The notes under the pieces: generated by a model
What the model was told of the DNA's origin: nothing
The model's input: only the letters and a program-made list of their open reading frames with translations
Databases searched by the model: none
Part shown: piece after piece, positions 1 to 7,406 of the stretch
Numbering within the stretch: the first letter of the stretch is position 1
Layout: the number at the start of each line of letters is the position of its first letter
Sequence record: NZ_CP136123.1
DNA: 47,304 bases
Origin: a plasmid
Strand: one strand, 5' to 3'
Program-made: the position numbers and the translations under genes

Positions 1-1110
1 ATGATACCAACAAACTCGAGTTTTAAATTTTACCAAGCAACAAAAGTATATGGAGCTCTTTTCTTTCAGTTACCTAAAGTTCTTTTATACAGTCCTACAT
101 ACAAAAACCTTTCTGCAGAAGCTAAATTGGCGTACGTCATTTTAAAGGATCGACTGGAGTATTCTCTTCACAATGATTGGGTTGATGAAAACGGAAATGT
201 TTACTTCATTTTTTCAAACGCAGAACTTCAAAAGATTTTGAACTGCTCCGAACCGAAGGTAATCAAAACCAAGAAAGAGTTAGAACAAGCAAACCTACTT
301 TTCCAGAAAAAAATGGGATTTGATCCGAAATTGAAACGAAATATTCCTAATCGCTTATACTTGGGTGATCTCAATGTATCGGCAACAGATGTGTATAAAC
401 GACAAAATGATGCAAGTCAAAGCAATGCGTTACCCGTTACAAGCGGAACTAAAGATTCTTTAGCCCGAGACAATGTCTTCCAATCTCTTGCTACAAGCGG
501 AACTAAAGATTCTTTAGCCCGAGACAATGTCTTCCAATCTCTTGCTACAAGCGGAACTAAAGATTCTTTAGCCCGAGAAAAGGTCTCTGAAACCCTTGAT
601 ACGAACGGAACTAAAGATTCTTTAGTATATCTATATAAAGATTTAAAAACACAAACCAGAGACAATAGAGAGACAAAAACACTCGATTTTTCCACAGATC
701 AATATTCACCTGAACTTATTCAAAAGCAAAATCAAGACCTTGTTCAAAACGCGAAAACCTATTTGCCGGAATCAACAACTGGTGGTCTCTTTCTCAACAG
801 AGAAGGGATAGAACTTCTTGGGCTATGGTGCAATTCTCCAAAACAGATGCATCGGTTCCTGGGTATTATCCTAAATGCCAAAAAGGCTGTAGAAAGGGAA
901 CATCAAGGAACGACGATTGTTCTAGATGATCCGCAGTGCCAAGAAATGATCAACAAGACTATGCGCCGGTTTTTTAACGTTTTACGTTCTGACAGTAAAA
1001 AAATTAACAATGTCGAAAATTACTTGTTTGGTGCTATGAAAGAGACCTTGGTGGCATACTGGAACAAATCACTCATGACAGCTAATGGAGGCGACCCTGA
1101 TGAATTCTAA
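1..1110 (+). CDS. repA: Plasmid replication initiator, RepA_N family (theta replication)
   Basis: 369-aa ORF. N-terminus (KFYQATKVYGALFFQLPKVLLYSPTYKNLSAEAKLAYVILKDRL...NGNVYFIFSNAELQKIL) is typical of Gram-positive RepA_N initiators (pAD1/pSK41/Lactobacillus theta plasmids); direct repeats lie inside the gene as in that family. Confidence 0.8.
   Translation: MIPTNSSFKFYQATKVYGALFFQLPKVLLYSPTYKNLSAEAKLAYVILKDRLEYSLHNDWVDENGNVYFIFSNAELQKILNCSEPKVIKTKKELEQANLLFQKKMGFDPKLKRNIPNRLYLGDLNVSATDVYKRQNDASQSNALPVTSGTKDSLARDNVFQSLATSGTKDSLARDNVFQSLATSGTKDSLAREKVSETLDTNGTKDSLVYLYKDLKTQTRDNRETKTLDFSTDQYSPELIQKQNQDLVQNAKTYLPESTTGGLFLNREGIELLGLWCNSPKQMHRFLGIILNAKKAVEREHQGTTIVLDDPQCQEMINKTMRRFFNVLRSDSKKINNVENYLFGAMKETLVAYWNKSLMTANGGDPDEF
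438..625 (+). repeat. Three and a half 54-bp direct repeats inside repA, each with palindromic core CTAAAGAtTCTTTAG; candidate iterons/oriV
   Basis: Unit tacaagcggaactaaagattctttagcccgagacaatgtcttccaatctcttgc at 438, 492 and 546 plus a partial copy at 600; encodes TSGTKDSLARDNVFQSLA x3; RepA_N plasmids place their origin inside the rep coding sequence. Confidence 0.6.
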
Positions 1111-1837
1111 AGAGTTTAATCAACGGAAACGTGAAGCCTTTCCGGAAGAGGTAGCGCTCAAAAACCTCAAAGAGCTAACTGAGGCAGAACGTGCCGGTCT
1201 GCATTTACTCATGATTCAAACGAGTGATCCTGATGAACGAGAGGATATTCTGGCAGAGGCACAAAAAACTGCTAATCAACGAGCGGAAGAAGCTAGAAAG
1301 CACAGCTATGCCGCCGTCAAAGAACGCTTGATCCAGGAGAAAACAGAGACTGATACGGAGTTAAAAGCCTTTACGCAGCATCGTAATCGTCACGTCAAGG
1401 TACTTGGAAAAGTTACTATGATGGCAGGTTACTTCATGACGCCAAAGCGCATTCGACCGACTAAATACTACTGGCTAGTCCCTGATAATTTGGTCATTCC
1501 GGATCGGCCATTAGGGCGAGTTGCGCATGTTCGCGGCAAAAATGGCCAGCTACATGATGTGATGGTGCTTTATGTTACCAAACAAAAGCAGCGGCAATTA
1601 CAAGATGGCCGGGTTGTACCAGATCAATTTATGATTGAGTTCACAAGCCAATATGCCTCGTCTGTTCAAGTCAAACAAGGACAAAGAACTGAGCGACAAC
1701 GACAGAAAGATTACCGGGGGCCATTTGATTCTGCACAGCAAAAACATAACCGAGTTCGTAAAGTGATTCACCGCCATCATAGGGTTCGTGAAGAGTTAGC
1801 CAACCTAGAGAAGAGCAAAAAGAAAGACAAGAATTAG
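1100..1837 (+). CDS. Hypothetical protein, translationally coupled to repA; basic K/R/H-rich C-terminus
   Basis: ORF overlaps the repA stop (ATGAATTC...); charged coiled-coil-like N-terminus; no recognisable catalytic motif. Confidence 0.45.
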   Translation: MNSKEFNQRKREAFPEEVALKNLKELTEAERAGLHLLMIQTSDPDEREDILAEAQKTANQRAEEARKHSYAAVKERLIQEKTETDTELKAFTQHRNRHVKVLGKVTMMAGYFMTPKRIRPTKYYWLVPDNLVIPDRPLGRVAHVRGKNGQLHDVMVLYVTKQKQRQLQDGRVVPDQFMIEFTSQYASSVQVKQGQRTERQRQKDYRGPFDSAQQKHNRVRKVIHRHHRVREELANLEKSKKKDKN

Positions 1838-2249
1838 AAAAATTCTTGTCTAAAAAGGAACCAGGTCCTATAATAAATATAGGCGAACATTTGTTTGTCT
1901 ACCTGCTCAATTCAACACATGTTTGCCTTACTTAATTTGTTCCTCTACACACTAATGCTTGCATTCAAAAAATTCAAGTGTTATCTTGAATTCAGAATCA
2001 ACAGTAGCAAGGGGAACACAAAAAAATAAGACAGCATCACAGCACTGATCTGGATTGGTAGTCCAGGATAAGCGCACTGTGACTGTTACTAGAACTAGAG
2101 AATAGCTAGCCTAGCAACTGCCGTCTTCACCGCGTTAAGCGCGGCAAGTTTATTTTAACAGACCTTGTGACCGCTGTGGAACTTCTCTAAGAGAAGTCTT
2201 AGAGCGACAGTAAGAGATGTCAAAATAGCAGCCAAACAAGACGAAGTGA

Positions 2250-2286
2250 GGGGCGCGTTGCCAGCAGGCAGCGCGCCCCCTTTTTG
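2250..2286 (+). terminator. Rho-independent terminator (GGGGCGCG-13 nt loop-GCGCGCCCC-TTTTT)
   Basis: Perfect 8-9 bp GC stem followed by a T5 run; closes a 400-bp ORF-free stretch downstream of the rep genes. Confidence 0.55.
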
Positions 2287-2328
2287 TGTTGCTCTTGGTG
2301 CTGCTGATCCATGAAAGGAGTTGACACA

Positions 2329-2556
2329 ATGGCTATTCTAGCACGTTTAGGGGTCGTTAGACACGCGTTTTGTGTGCGGACGTTTGATCGACGGGTGCTC
2401 ATTAATCACGCTGACGGTACTTTTTACGATCGCGATCTTGCTTCGCTTGAGGCGATTGAACAGCTTTATCCCAAGATTCGTAGTGTTTACAACAGTGACC
2501 ATACGATGATTGCTAAGCGCAAACACCCACAGGCGGCTTTATACAAGCTGTCATAA
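2329..2556 (+). CDS. Hypothetical small protein (75 aa)
   Basis: ATG preceded by AAAGGAG at -14; no similarity recognised. Confidence 0.35.
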   Translation: MAILARLGVVRHAFCVRTFDRRVLINHADGTFYDRDLASLEAIEQLYPKIRSVYNSDHTMIAKRKHPQAALYKLS

Positions 2557-2585
2557 TCACGCCAGTTCAACTCACAATATGATGC

Positions 2586-2940
2586 GTGCGTGTGAACGCA
2601 CACCTTTAGCTCTTTGAAATCTGAATAGCCTTAAACTCCCTCCGGCCTTTTTCGACGGTGTTCCTCACAGCCGGTATGTGAAGGGGAGATGGTTGCCCGC
2701 GAAGTCAAGCGGGTGAGGAACGCCTCGGTATTCCGTGCCGCCACCAATAGTCCGTGTCAACATCAAAATGGGCGAGACATAATGCGTTTGACCGTTCTTT
2801 GCTGCGGCTTAGAACCAGACCGTGAATCACTCGACGGTGAGTGTCAGCAAGCTTCTTGCTTGGGTGGTAGTGAATGGCTGGAAAGGTCGTCAGCATATGC
2901 CTAGAGCTGTCAATCGAGCGTCATAGACGCTGAGGTTTAG
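2586..2940. ncRNA. GC-rich, ORF-poor segment with nested complementary stems; candidate structured RNA or origin-associated element
   Basis: GTTCCTCAC (2671) pairs with GTGAGGAAC (2714), enclosing CCCGCgaagtcaaGCGGG; gtgcgtGTGAacgcac hairpin at 2586; GC is far above the plasmid average; only spurious overlapping ORFs on both strands. Confidence 0.2.
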
Positions 2941-3079
2941 CGAGTTTCATGCCTAGAAAACTCGAGAATTTCACGCAATAAAAACGTTTATTAGCTTTTT
3001 AAGAAACCATGAGGTCAGACCTCACCTATGCTTCATGCGTAGGCATCATATTGTTAGTTGAACCAAAAGGAGTAGTGCC

Positions 3080-3316
3080 ATGCAACAGCGAAAAAAGCTA
3101 CAGAAACATGAAGTTGTGACTGAGTTTGTCAACATGACTAAACTTGGCAAGATCACGACGGTTGAAGACTATTTTAAATATCGCCGCGCTCATATGCATG
3201 ACTTGAGTCTGCGAGAGCGGCACTTACTAATGGCCTGGCTCAATCGTAGTGAGGCCGTCAGGCTAAAGGGAAAACGGCACAAGGAAACGATTCATTCAGA
3301 AATTGAAATGAGGTAA
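3080..3316 (+). CDS. Hypothetical small protein (78 aa)
   Basis: RBS AAAAGGAG upstream; first of four tightly packed or overlapping small ORFs. Confidence 0.4.
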   Translation: MQQRKKLQKHEVVTEFVNMTKLGKITTVEDYFKYRRAHMHDLSLRERHLLMAWLNRSEAVRLKGKRHKETIHSEIEMR

Positions 3317-3323
3317 TCTAGAG

Positions 3324-3542
3324 ATGAAAGCAATCGACCAGTTACTTGTGTTTATGCAACAACATGGGCTGACGAGTATTGATTACGCAACTTATGATCG
3401 GGCGCGACGGTTATATGACCACGATCCGGTACGACAACGTGAATGGATTGAGATCTTAGCAGAAAGCAAGACCGATCAACGAATCGTCGTACGACATGGG
3501 GTATTAGGATCAAGTGTGAAGGCGGTGAGTTTGGGTGCTTAA
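3324..3542 (+). CDS. Hypothetical small protein (72 aa)
   Basis: Starts 8 nt after the previous stop; operon arrangement. Confidence 0.4.
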   Translation: MKAIDQLLVFMQQHGLTSIDYATYDRARRLYDHDPVRQREWIEILAESKTDQRIVVRHGVLGSSVKAVSLGA

Positions 3543-3765
3543 ACAGACAAAAGTCCCTTTTGTTAATGGTGTGGGGAAGACTCTACCACATTTGGAAAAG
3601 GGCGTGCGTTATACTTTTGTTGATCATGGGTATTACATGACGGCTTTAAGACCAGGAGAAACTGAGGAGCTTAAACCGGAATTACCAGAGCAGGAATGGG
3701 CGTATCACCAACAACATCCAGTTAAGGAATGGCGAATAGGAGGCAATCATCATGCGATTCTATGA
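3535..3765 (+). CDS. Hypothetical small protein (76 aa)
   Basis: Start overlaps the upstream stop (translational coupling). Confidence 0.4.
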   Translation: MLKQTKVPFVNGVGKTLPHLEKGVRYTFVDHGYYMTALRPGETEELKPELPEQEWAYHQQHPVKEWRIGGNHHAIL

Positions 3766-4027
3766 GTTTAGAACTGAAGATCATGATTATTATGCATTGA
3801 TTTCAGCTAATAGCCCAGAAGAAGCCATTGTAATTTACAAAGGGGAAATTGACAACGCTTTTGATGAATTAAATCCTCATGAAGTTTCTCTGACGCGTGC
3901 AGCCGATATAACGCTTGAAGCGCATGACTTAGCAGACTTTCGTGATGCTTTAATTGAAAAAGAAAAGCAAACCTTACAACAGGAAGTAGCGCCAAGAGTC
4001 CTTGTCATTGATAGCAATTTGCTATAA
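3752..4027 (+). CDS. Hypothetical small acidic protein (91 aa)
   Basis: ATGA-type overlap with the upstream gene. Confidence 0.4.
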   Translation: MRFYEFRTEDHDYYALISANSPEEAIVIYKGEIDNAFDELNPHEVSLTRAADITLEAHDLADFRDALIEKEKQTLQQEVAPRVLVIDSNLL

Positions 4028-4065
4028 CCACGCATAAGAAGAGGCCAAATAGGAGGCTGAAACAA

Positions 4066-4164
4066 ATGAAAATGATGGTAAAAACGGGTGGGATCATTTT
4101 AGTGTCAGGGTTACTTTTAGCCGGATGTGGGTGTCAAACGTTTACCATCTCCACAGAGTCCTGA
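4066..4164 (+). CDS. 32-aa micro-ORF resembling a lipoprotein signal peptide with lipobox LLAGC and an 11-aa tail
   Basis: AGGAGG RBS 9 nt upstream; MKMMVKTGGIILVSGLLLAGCGCQTFTISTES; immediately followed by a hairpin terminator. Confidence 0.3.
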   Translation: MKMMVKTGGIILVSGLLLAGCGCQTFTISTES

Positions 4165-4193
4165 CTGTTACCTAACTCAGTCGGGACTTTTTC
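4157..4193 (+). terminator. Rho-independent terminator (AGTCCTGAC / GTCGGGACT + T5)
   Basis: 9-bp stem including one G-U pair, then TTTTT. Confidence 0.5.
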
Positions 4194-4245
4194 GTTGCTG
4201 TAAAGGCACAAATGGCTTTAATATGATCAAAAGGAGGCGTGCACA

Positions 4246-4500
4246 ATGCTTACAACAGTTTGGAATTTACTAACGATTGTTTTAGTATTGATCATCATTT
4301 GGTTAACCCGTAAGCAGAAAGTCACCACGCGATTGGGGCGGTACAATCGAACTTTTATGATCATTGTTGCGGTGATCCAAATTATTCTGATCATTGCGGG
4401 AATGCTGATTATGAAGGATTCAATTTCACTGCAAGCAGCCTCATTCACTTGTAGCATGGTACTACTGATAAGTATGTTGCTTGGTTTTAAAATGCGCTAA
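4246..4500 (+). CDS. Small membrane protein (84 aa, two or three predicted TM helices)
   Basis: Hydrophobic composition; AAAGGAGG RBS. Confidence 0.45.
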   Translation: MLTTVWNLLTIVLVLIIIWLTRKQKVTTRLGRYNRTFMIIVAVIQIILIIAGMLIMKDSISLQAASFTCSMVLLISMLLGFKMR

Positions 4501-4511
4501 TCTATAACCAG

Positions 4512-4565
4512 AAAGTGCCATCACTTTCTTGACTTAGTCAGGAGAAGTGATGGCACTTTTTGAAT
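4512..4565 (+). terminator. Rho-independent terminator (15-bp stem AAAGTGCCATCACTT / AAGTGATGGCACTTT + T-run)
   Basis: Long perfect inverted repeat followed by TTTTTG. Confidence 0.55.
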
Positions 4566-4574
4566 GGAGGAAAG

Positions 4575-4763
4575 ATGACAGTCAACAAAAATAATCAACG
4601 TTACCAAATCACCTTAACGCCAGAAGAGAAGCAGCAGCTTAAAGCACTTTGTCAGGTTACTAAGGAACGACCCTTAACATTGGTGCGCCGGTTGATTGCT
4701 ACTGAGAAAAGACTTTATGATTCAGGGTTTTTACCGTCCTACAATTCAAAAACTGAAAAGTGA
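4575..4763 (+). CDS. Small DNA-binding-like protein, possible ribbon-helix-helix fold
   Basis: ITLTPEEKQQLKALCQ pattern (beta-strand then helix) typical of CopG/MobC-type ribbon-helix-helix proteins; GGAGG RBS; the first in-frame codon of the long ORF is TTG at 4560. Confidence 0.4.
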   Translation: MTVNKNNQRYQITLTPEEKQQLKALCQVTKERPLTLVRRLIATEKRLYDSGFLPSYNSKTEK

Positions 4764-4775
4764 GGAGAGATTAAG

Positions 4776-4934
4776 ATGTTGTGGCTGATTTTCAAATGTA
4801 GTTTCTGGGTATTACTAGGCTTTATCTTTTTGTGTGAGCTTGCAGCTATTCGGATTAGCGGATTGTGTTCTCGTGAAGAGGAACGACAGGAAGTTCTTGA
4901 AAAACATCGTCAACAAGCAAAAAGCGCGCCCTAG
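4776..4934 (+). CDS. 52-aa small membrane peptide (below the ORF-track cutoff)
   Basis: GAGGAGAGA RBS 6 nt upstream of ATG; MLWLIFKCSFWVLLGFIFLCELAAIRISGL...; terminator overlaps its stop. Confidence 0.3.
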   Translation: MLWLIFKCSFWVLLGFIFLCELAAIRISGLCSREEERQEVLEKHRQQAKSAP

Positions 4935-4947
4935 GGCGCGCTTTTCT
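4922..4947 (+). terminator. Rho-independent terminator (AGCGCGCC-CTAG-GGCGCGCT-TTTC)
   Basis: 8-bp GC stem; short T tract. Confidence 0.45.
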
Positions 4948-5024
4948 TAGGTATTAACGTACCTCCATTTTACCAAAGTTGTGCTCTGTTGCGCAATTTA
5001 ATGGTGTGTCGCTGGACAACAAAT

Positions 5025-5064
5025 GCCGCTACTGGGAAACGTGGTTCGATTCCACGAAGCGGCC
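5025..5064 (+). other. tRNA-like minihelix: acceptor-stem-like pairing plus a perfect T-arm (CGTGG-TTCGATT-CCACG), but no D or anticodon arm
   Basis: GGTTCGATTCC matches the canonical T-loop; GCCGCT (5025-5030) pairs with AGCGGC (5058-5063) followed by a C discriminator; only about 9 nt lie between the acceptor strand and the T-arm. Confidence 0.3.
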
Positions 5065-5141
5065 TTGGCTAACGCCAAATAATGAACGCCAAATGCCAGC
5101 TAATTGCAGGTGTTTTTTGCGCTAAAGAAAGGAGACTGAAC

Positions 5142-5420
5142 ATGGCTGAATCTGTAGGTATTTGGTTACATGATCGCAATTTGAAGTTAATTTCGAAAGA
5201 TCGTGATGCTCTTTCTTATCGAATCCAAGCTTCATGGGTTAAGGACCACACGGATTATCCAATTAAGCCAGGTATGACAGTGGTGATTGGCAATATAAAG
5301 CCACCTAACCAGCTGAAAAACGTTTTGGTTCTAAAGGTGGGGTCAGCGGAATTAAAAAGAGACGGCAGTTTAGTGATTAGCGGAGAGCGCATTAAGTCCG
5401 TTCCTAAAAACTTGATATAG
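5142..5420 (+). CDS. Hypothetical protein (92 aa)
   Basis: AAAGGAGA RBS then ATG at 5142; the longer ORF from 5082 lacks an RBS. Confidence 0.4.
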   Translation: MAESVGIWLHDRNLKLISKDRDALSYRIQASWVKDHTDYPIKPGMTVVIGNIKPPNQLKNVLVLKVGSAELKRDGSLVISGERIKSVPKNLI

Positions 5421-5431
5421 GAGGTGATCGT

Positions 5432-5698
5432 ATGTTCAATTTGGTTCTTCAAACAAAAGACATCAAGGAAGCTAAACGGAAAAACGGCCTTCTTGAAATT
5501 AGATTTCCACATCCAAAGGAGAAAGCCTTGATGCTGAAACTACGGCATGCCGTATTAAGTATCGAAACGGGGTGGCCTATTCTGCCTGATACAACTTGTA
5601 TTGGTGAGATTGTGCGGGTGTTACCAAGTAAAGATCGCGTGATCGTGGCTTATGTTCGCCCGCAAAACGGTTTTCAGCGATTTGTTGAGTCGCATTAA
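5432..5698 (+). CDS. Hypothetical protein (88 aa)
   Basis: TAGGAGGTGA RBS. Confidence 0.4.
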   Translation: MFNLVLQTKDIKEAKRKNGLLEIRFPHPKEKALMLKLRHAVLSIETGWPILPDTTCIGEIVRVLPSKDRVIVAYVRPQNGFQRFVESH

Positions 5699-5716
5699 AA
5701 ATAAGGAGGTGTCGTT

Positions 5717-5893
5717 ATGGCAATTAGTAAGGCACAAATGAACAATCAGAAACAAATGCTAACGGAGATTTTGAAGCAACAAAATCTCGCATATGAAGAC
5801 TGGCTTTACCAAAGAATGACTGATGAGATTGAGAGTCATCGGAAACTGATTCTACAGGCACTCAAGAATCTCAATATGAAAGAAGGACATTAA
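5717..5893 (+). CDS. Hypothetical 58-aa protein (not in ORF track)
   Basis: AAGGAGGTG RBS 7 nt upstream of ATG; its stop sits 1 nt before the next start. Confidence 0.35.
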   Translation: MAISKAQMNNQKQMLTEILKQQNLAYEDWLYQRMTDEIESHRKLILQALKNLNMKEGH

Positions 5894-5894
5894 T

Positions 5895-6122
5895 ATGCAA
5901 GGAAAAGTCATCGCTTTATTGAGCGCTATTTTAGGTTTTATTATTGCCATTGCCGGCGGCTATGCGGCAGTCAAGTTTGGCTTAATGGGTATTGCTCACA
6001 TGACCAAGGATCAACAGAAAATCCGCGAGGCGCGTGATGGTATGACCAATGTTGCTATTGGGCTGATTGTAGTTATTTTCGCTTCTGCCGCAGTTGCTTG
6101 GTTACAAGGCTTGGCAGGTTAA
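5895..6122 (+). CDS. Small two-TM membrane protein; possible VirB2/PrgF-like T4SS component
   Basis: 75 aa with two hydrophobic helices separated by a charged loop (KDQQKIREARDG); sits at the head of the tra cluster. Confidence 0.35.
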   Translation: MQGKVIALLSAILGFIIAIAGGYAAVKFGLMGIAHMTKDQQKIREARDGMTNVAIGLIVVIFASAAVAWLQGLAG

Positions 6123-6164
6123 TTCGGTCTGAATAAGCCTCACTCTAAAAGAAAGGAGAAGGCC

Positions 6165-7406
6165 GTGTACGCTAAATTTGAATGTTCAAGAAAGTTGCGT
6201 CAATTTCTAAAGAAAAAGAGACAACTGTCTTTATCCGAAGCCGAAAAGATGATTAGTGCGGCTGACGATTATGCGATTCAACATCACTTCAAGGAAGATG
6301 TGAACTTCAAAATTATTGGTCAGGACGGCATTGAGTATGAAGATAATCTTCCAATTGGCACAGGACAAGGCTGGCTGCATAACCTTCTCTTGATTCTAGA
6401 TCATGCCTACCAAACCGTCTTGAGTGATCAATCGCCTGAAGCATTTAAAGCATTTTCCGACCGAGTTAGACAGGAACTAACGATTGAGGAACAGCCAAAA
6501 GCAGTCCAAGAAACCTTGCCAGTAGTTGCTCGTCAAGAAAAGGCTCATCATCTCAAACCAATTGTCTCCAAAGAGGAAGAAGCAGTACGTAAAGCGGAAA
6601 ACTCAGCGCCAGCTGCTGCAAAGCAAAAACCGCAAAAATCAAAGCCAGTCCTGTTACGGCGGCAGGCAAGAAAGAAACCAATGTGGCAATTTCCACAATT
6701 GAAGCGGCCAAAAATAAGGTTATCTGCACAAATTATAAAGCGCTTTGTGCTAGCAGCAGCAACGATTCTAGTCGTTGCTATTTTTATGCTCTTTTTGATG
6801 AGGCCAAAGCCTGTGCCGAGTTATCAAACGCTTATTCAGAATGCTTCTTACGTTCAAGCTGCGAAGCTTTATCCCAGCAAGCATCGCGATATTGAAGCCA
6901 GGTTAGTCAAGGACAATGATGAAAAATCGCTAGCTGCGTTTGTCCAAAAGTACCCATCAAATAATGGACGCTTCGATTTGGCTTATATGCAGAAGAAGTT
7001 TTCAACGGTCATTTCGGTAAGCCAAGATGCGGATCTAACGGCAGTTAGAAAGGTAAAACTAGCTATCAGTTATATTTACCAGAATCAACCAGAGAATGCT
7101 TTAACCATCAATTCAGAAATAAAGAGTCCACAACTGCAACAGCTGATCTTTCTCGCGTTGATTCATGAGGGAAAGTTGGATCAAGCGGCGACACTTGCGA
7201 AATCCATGAACAATAAAGATGCCGACAAAGTGCTTGAAGTTGGTAAGACCTATCAGGCTGCCTATGAGAAGGCTAAAGCGGACGCAAATAATTCAAAACT
7301 CTCTGAAACAGATCGGAAACAAGCACTCAAAGATCAGCACAACTGGTTAGCACTCAGAAAATCATTAGGAGGGAAGAGTCCCTATGAAGAATCAACAAAC
7401 GAATAA
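6165..7406 (+). CDS. Bitopic membrane protein with a cytoplasmic N-domain, a basic linker and an extracytoplasmic helical C-domain; conjugation-associated
   Basis: Single TM (VLAAATILVVAIFMLFLM) near residue 190; GTG start with AAAGGAGAAGG RBS; position within the tra operon. Confidence 0.45.
   Translation: MYAKFECSRKLRQFLKKKRQLSLSEAEKMISAADDYAIQHHFKEDVNFKIIGQDGIEYEDNLPIGTGQGWLHNLLLILDHAYQTVLSDQSPEAFKAFSDRVRQELTIEEQPKAVQETLPVVARQEKAHHLKPIVSKEEEAVRKAENSAPAAAKQKPQKSKPVLLRRQARKKPMWQFPQLKRPKIRLSAQIIKRFVLAAATILVVAIFMLFLMRPKPVPSYQTLIQNASYVQAAKLYPSKHRDIEARLVKDNDEKSLAAFVQKYPSNNGRFDLAYMQKKFSTVISVSQDADLTAVRKVKLAISYIYQNQPENALTINSEIKSPQLQQLIFLALIHEGKLDQAATLAKSMNNKDADKVLEVGKTYQAAYEKAKADANNSKLSETDRKQALKDQHNWLALRKSLGGKSPYEESTNE

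Noticed and set aside
417-695. Minus-strand 92-aa ORF inside repA
   Set aside because: It is an antisense reading of the 54-bp iteron repeats, with repetitive low-complexity translation and no RBS; an artefact of the repeats.
2586-2600. GTGCG at the start of the GC-rich block, suggesting a group II intron
   Set aside because: No reverse-transcriptase/maturase ORF and no recognisable domain V follow, so it is retained only as a possible structured RNA.
6683-6895. Internal 70-aa ORF within the 6165-7406 gene
   Set aside because: It is an alternative frame wholly inside a longer, RBS-supported gene.
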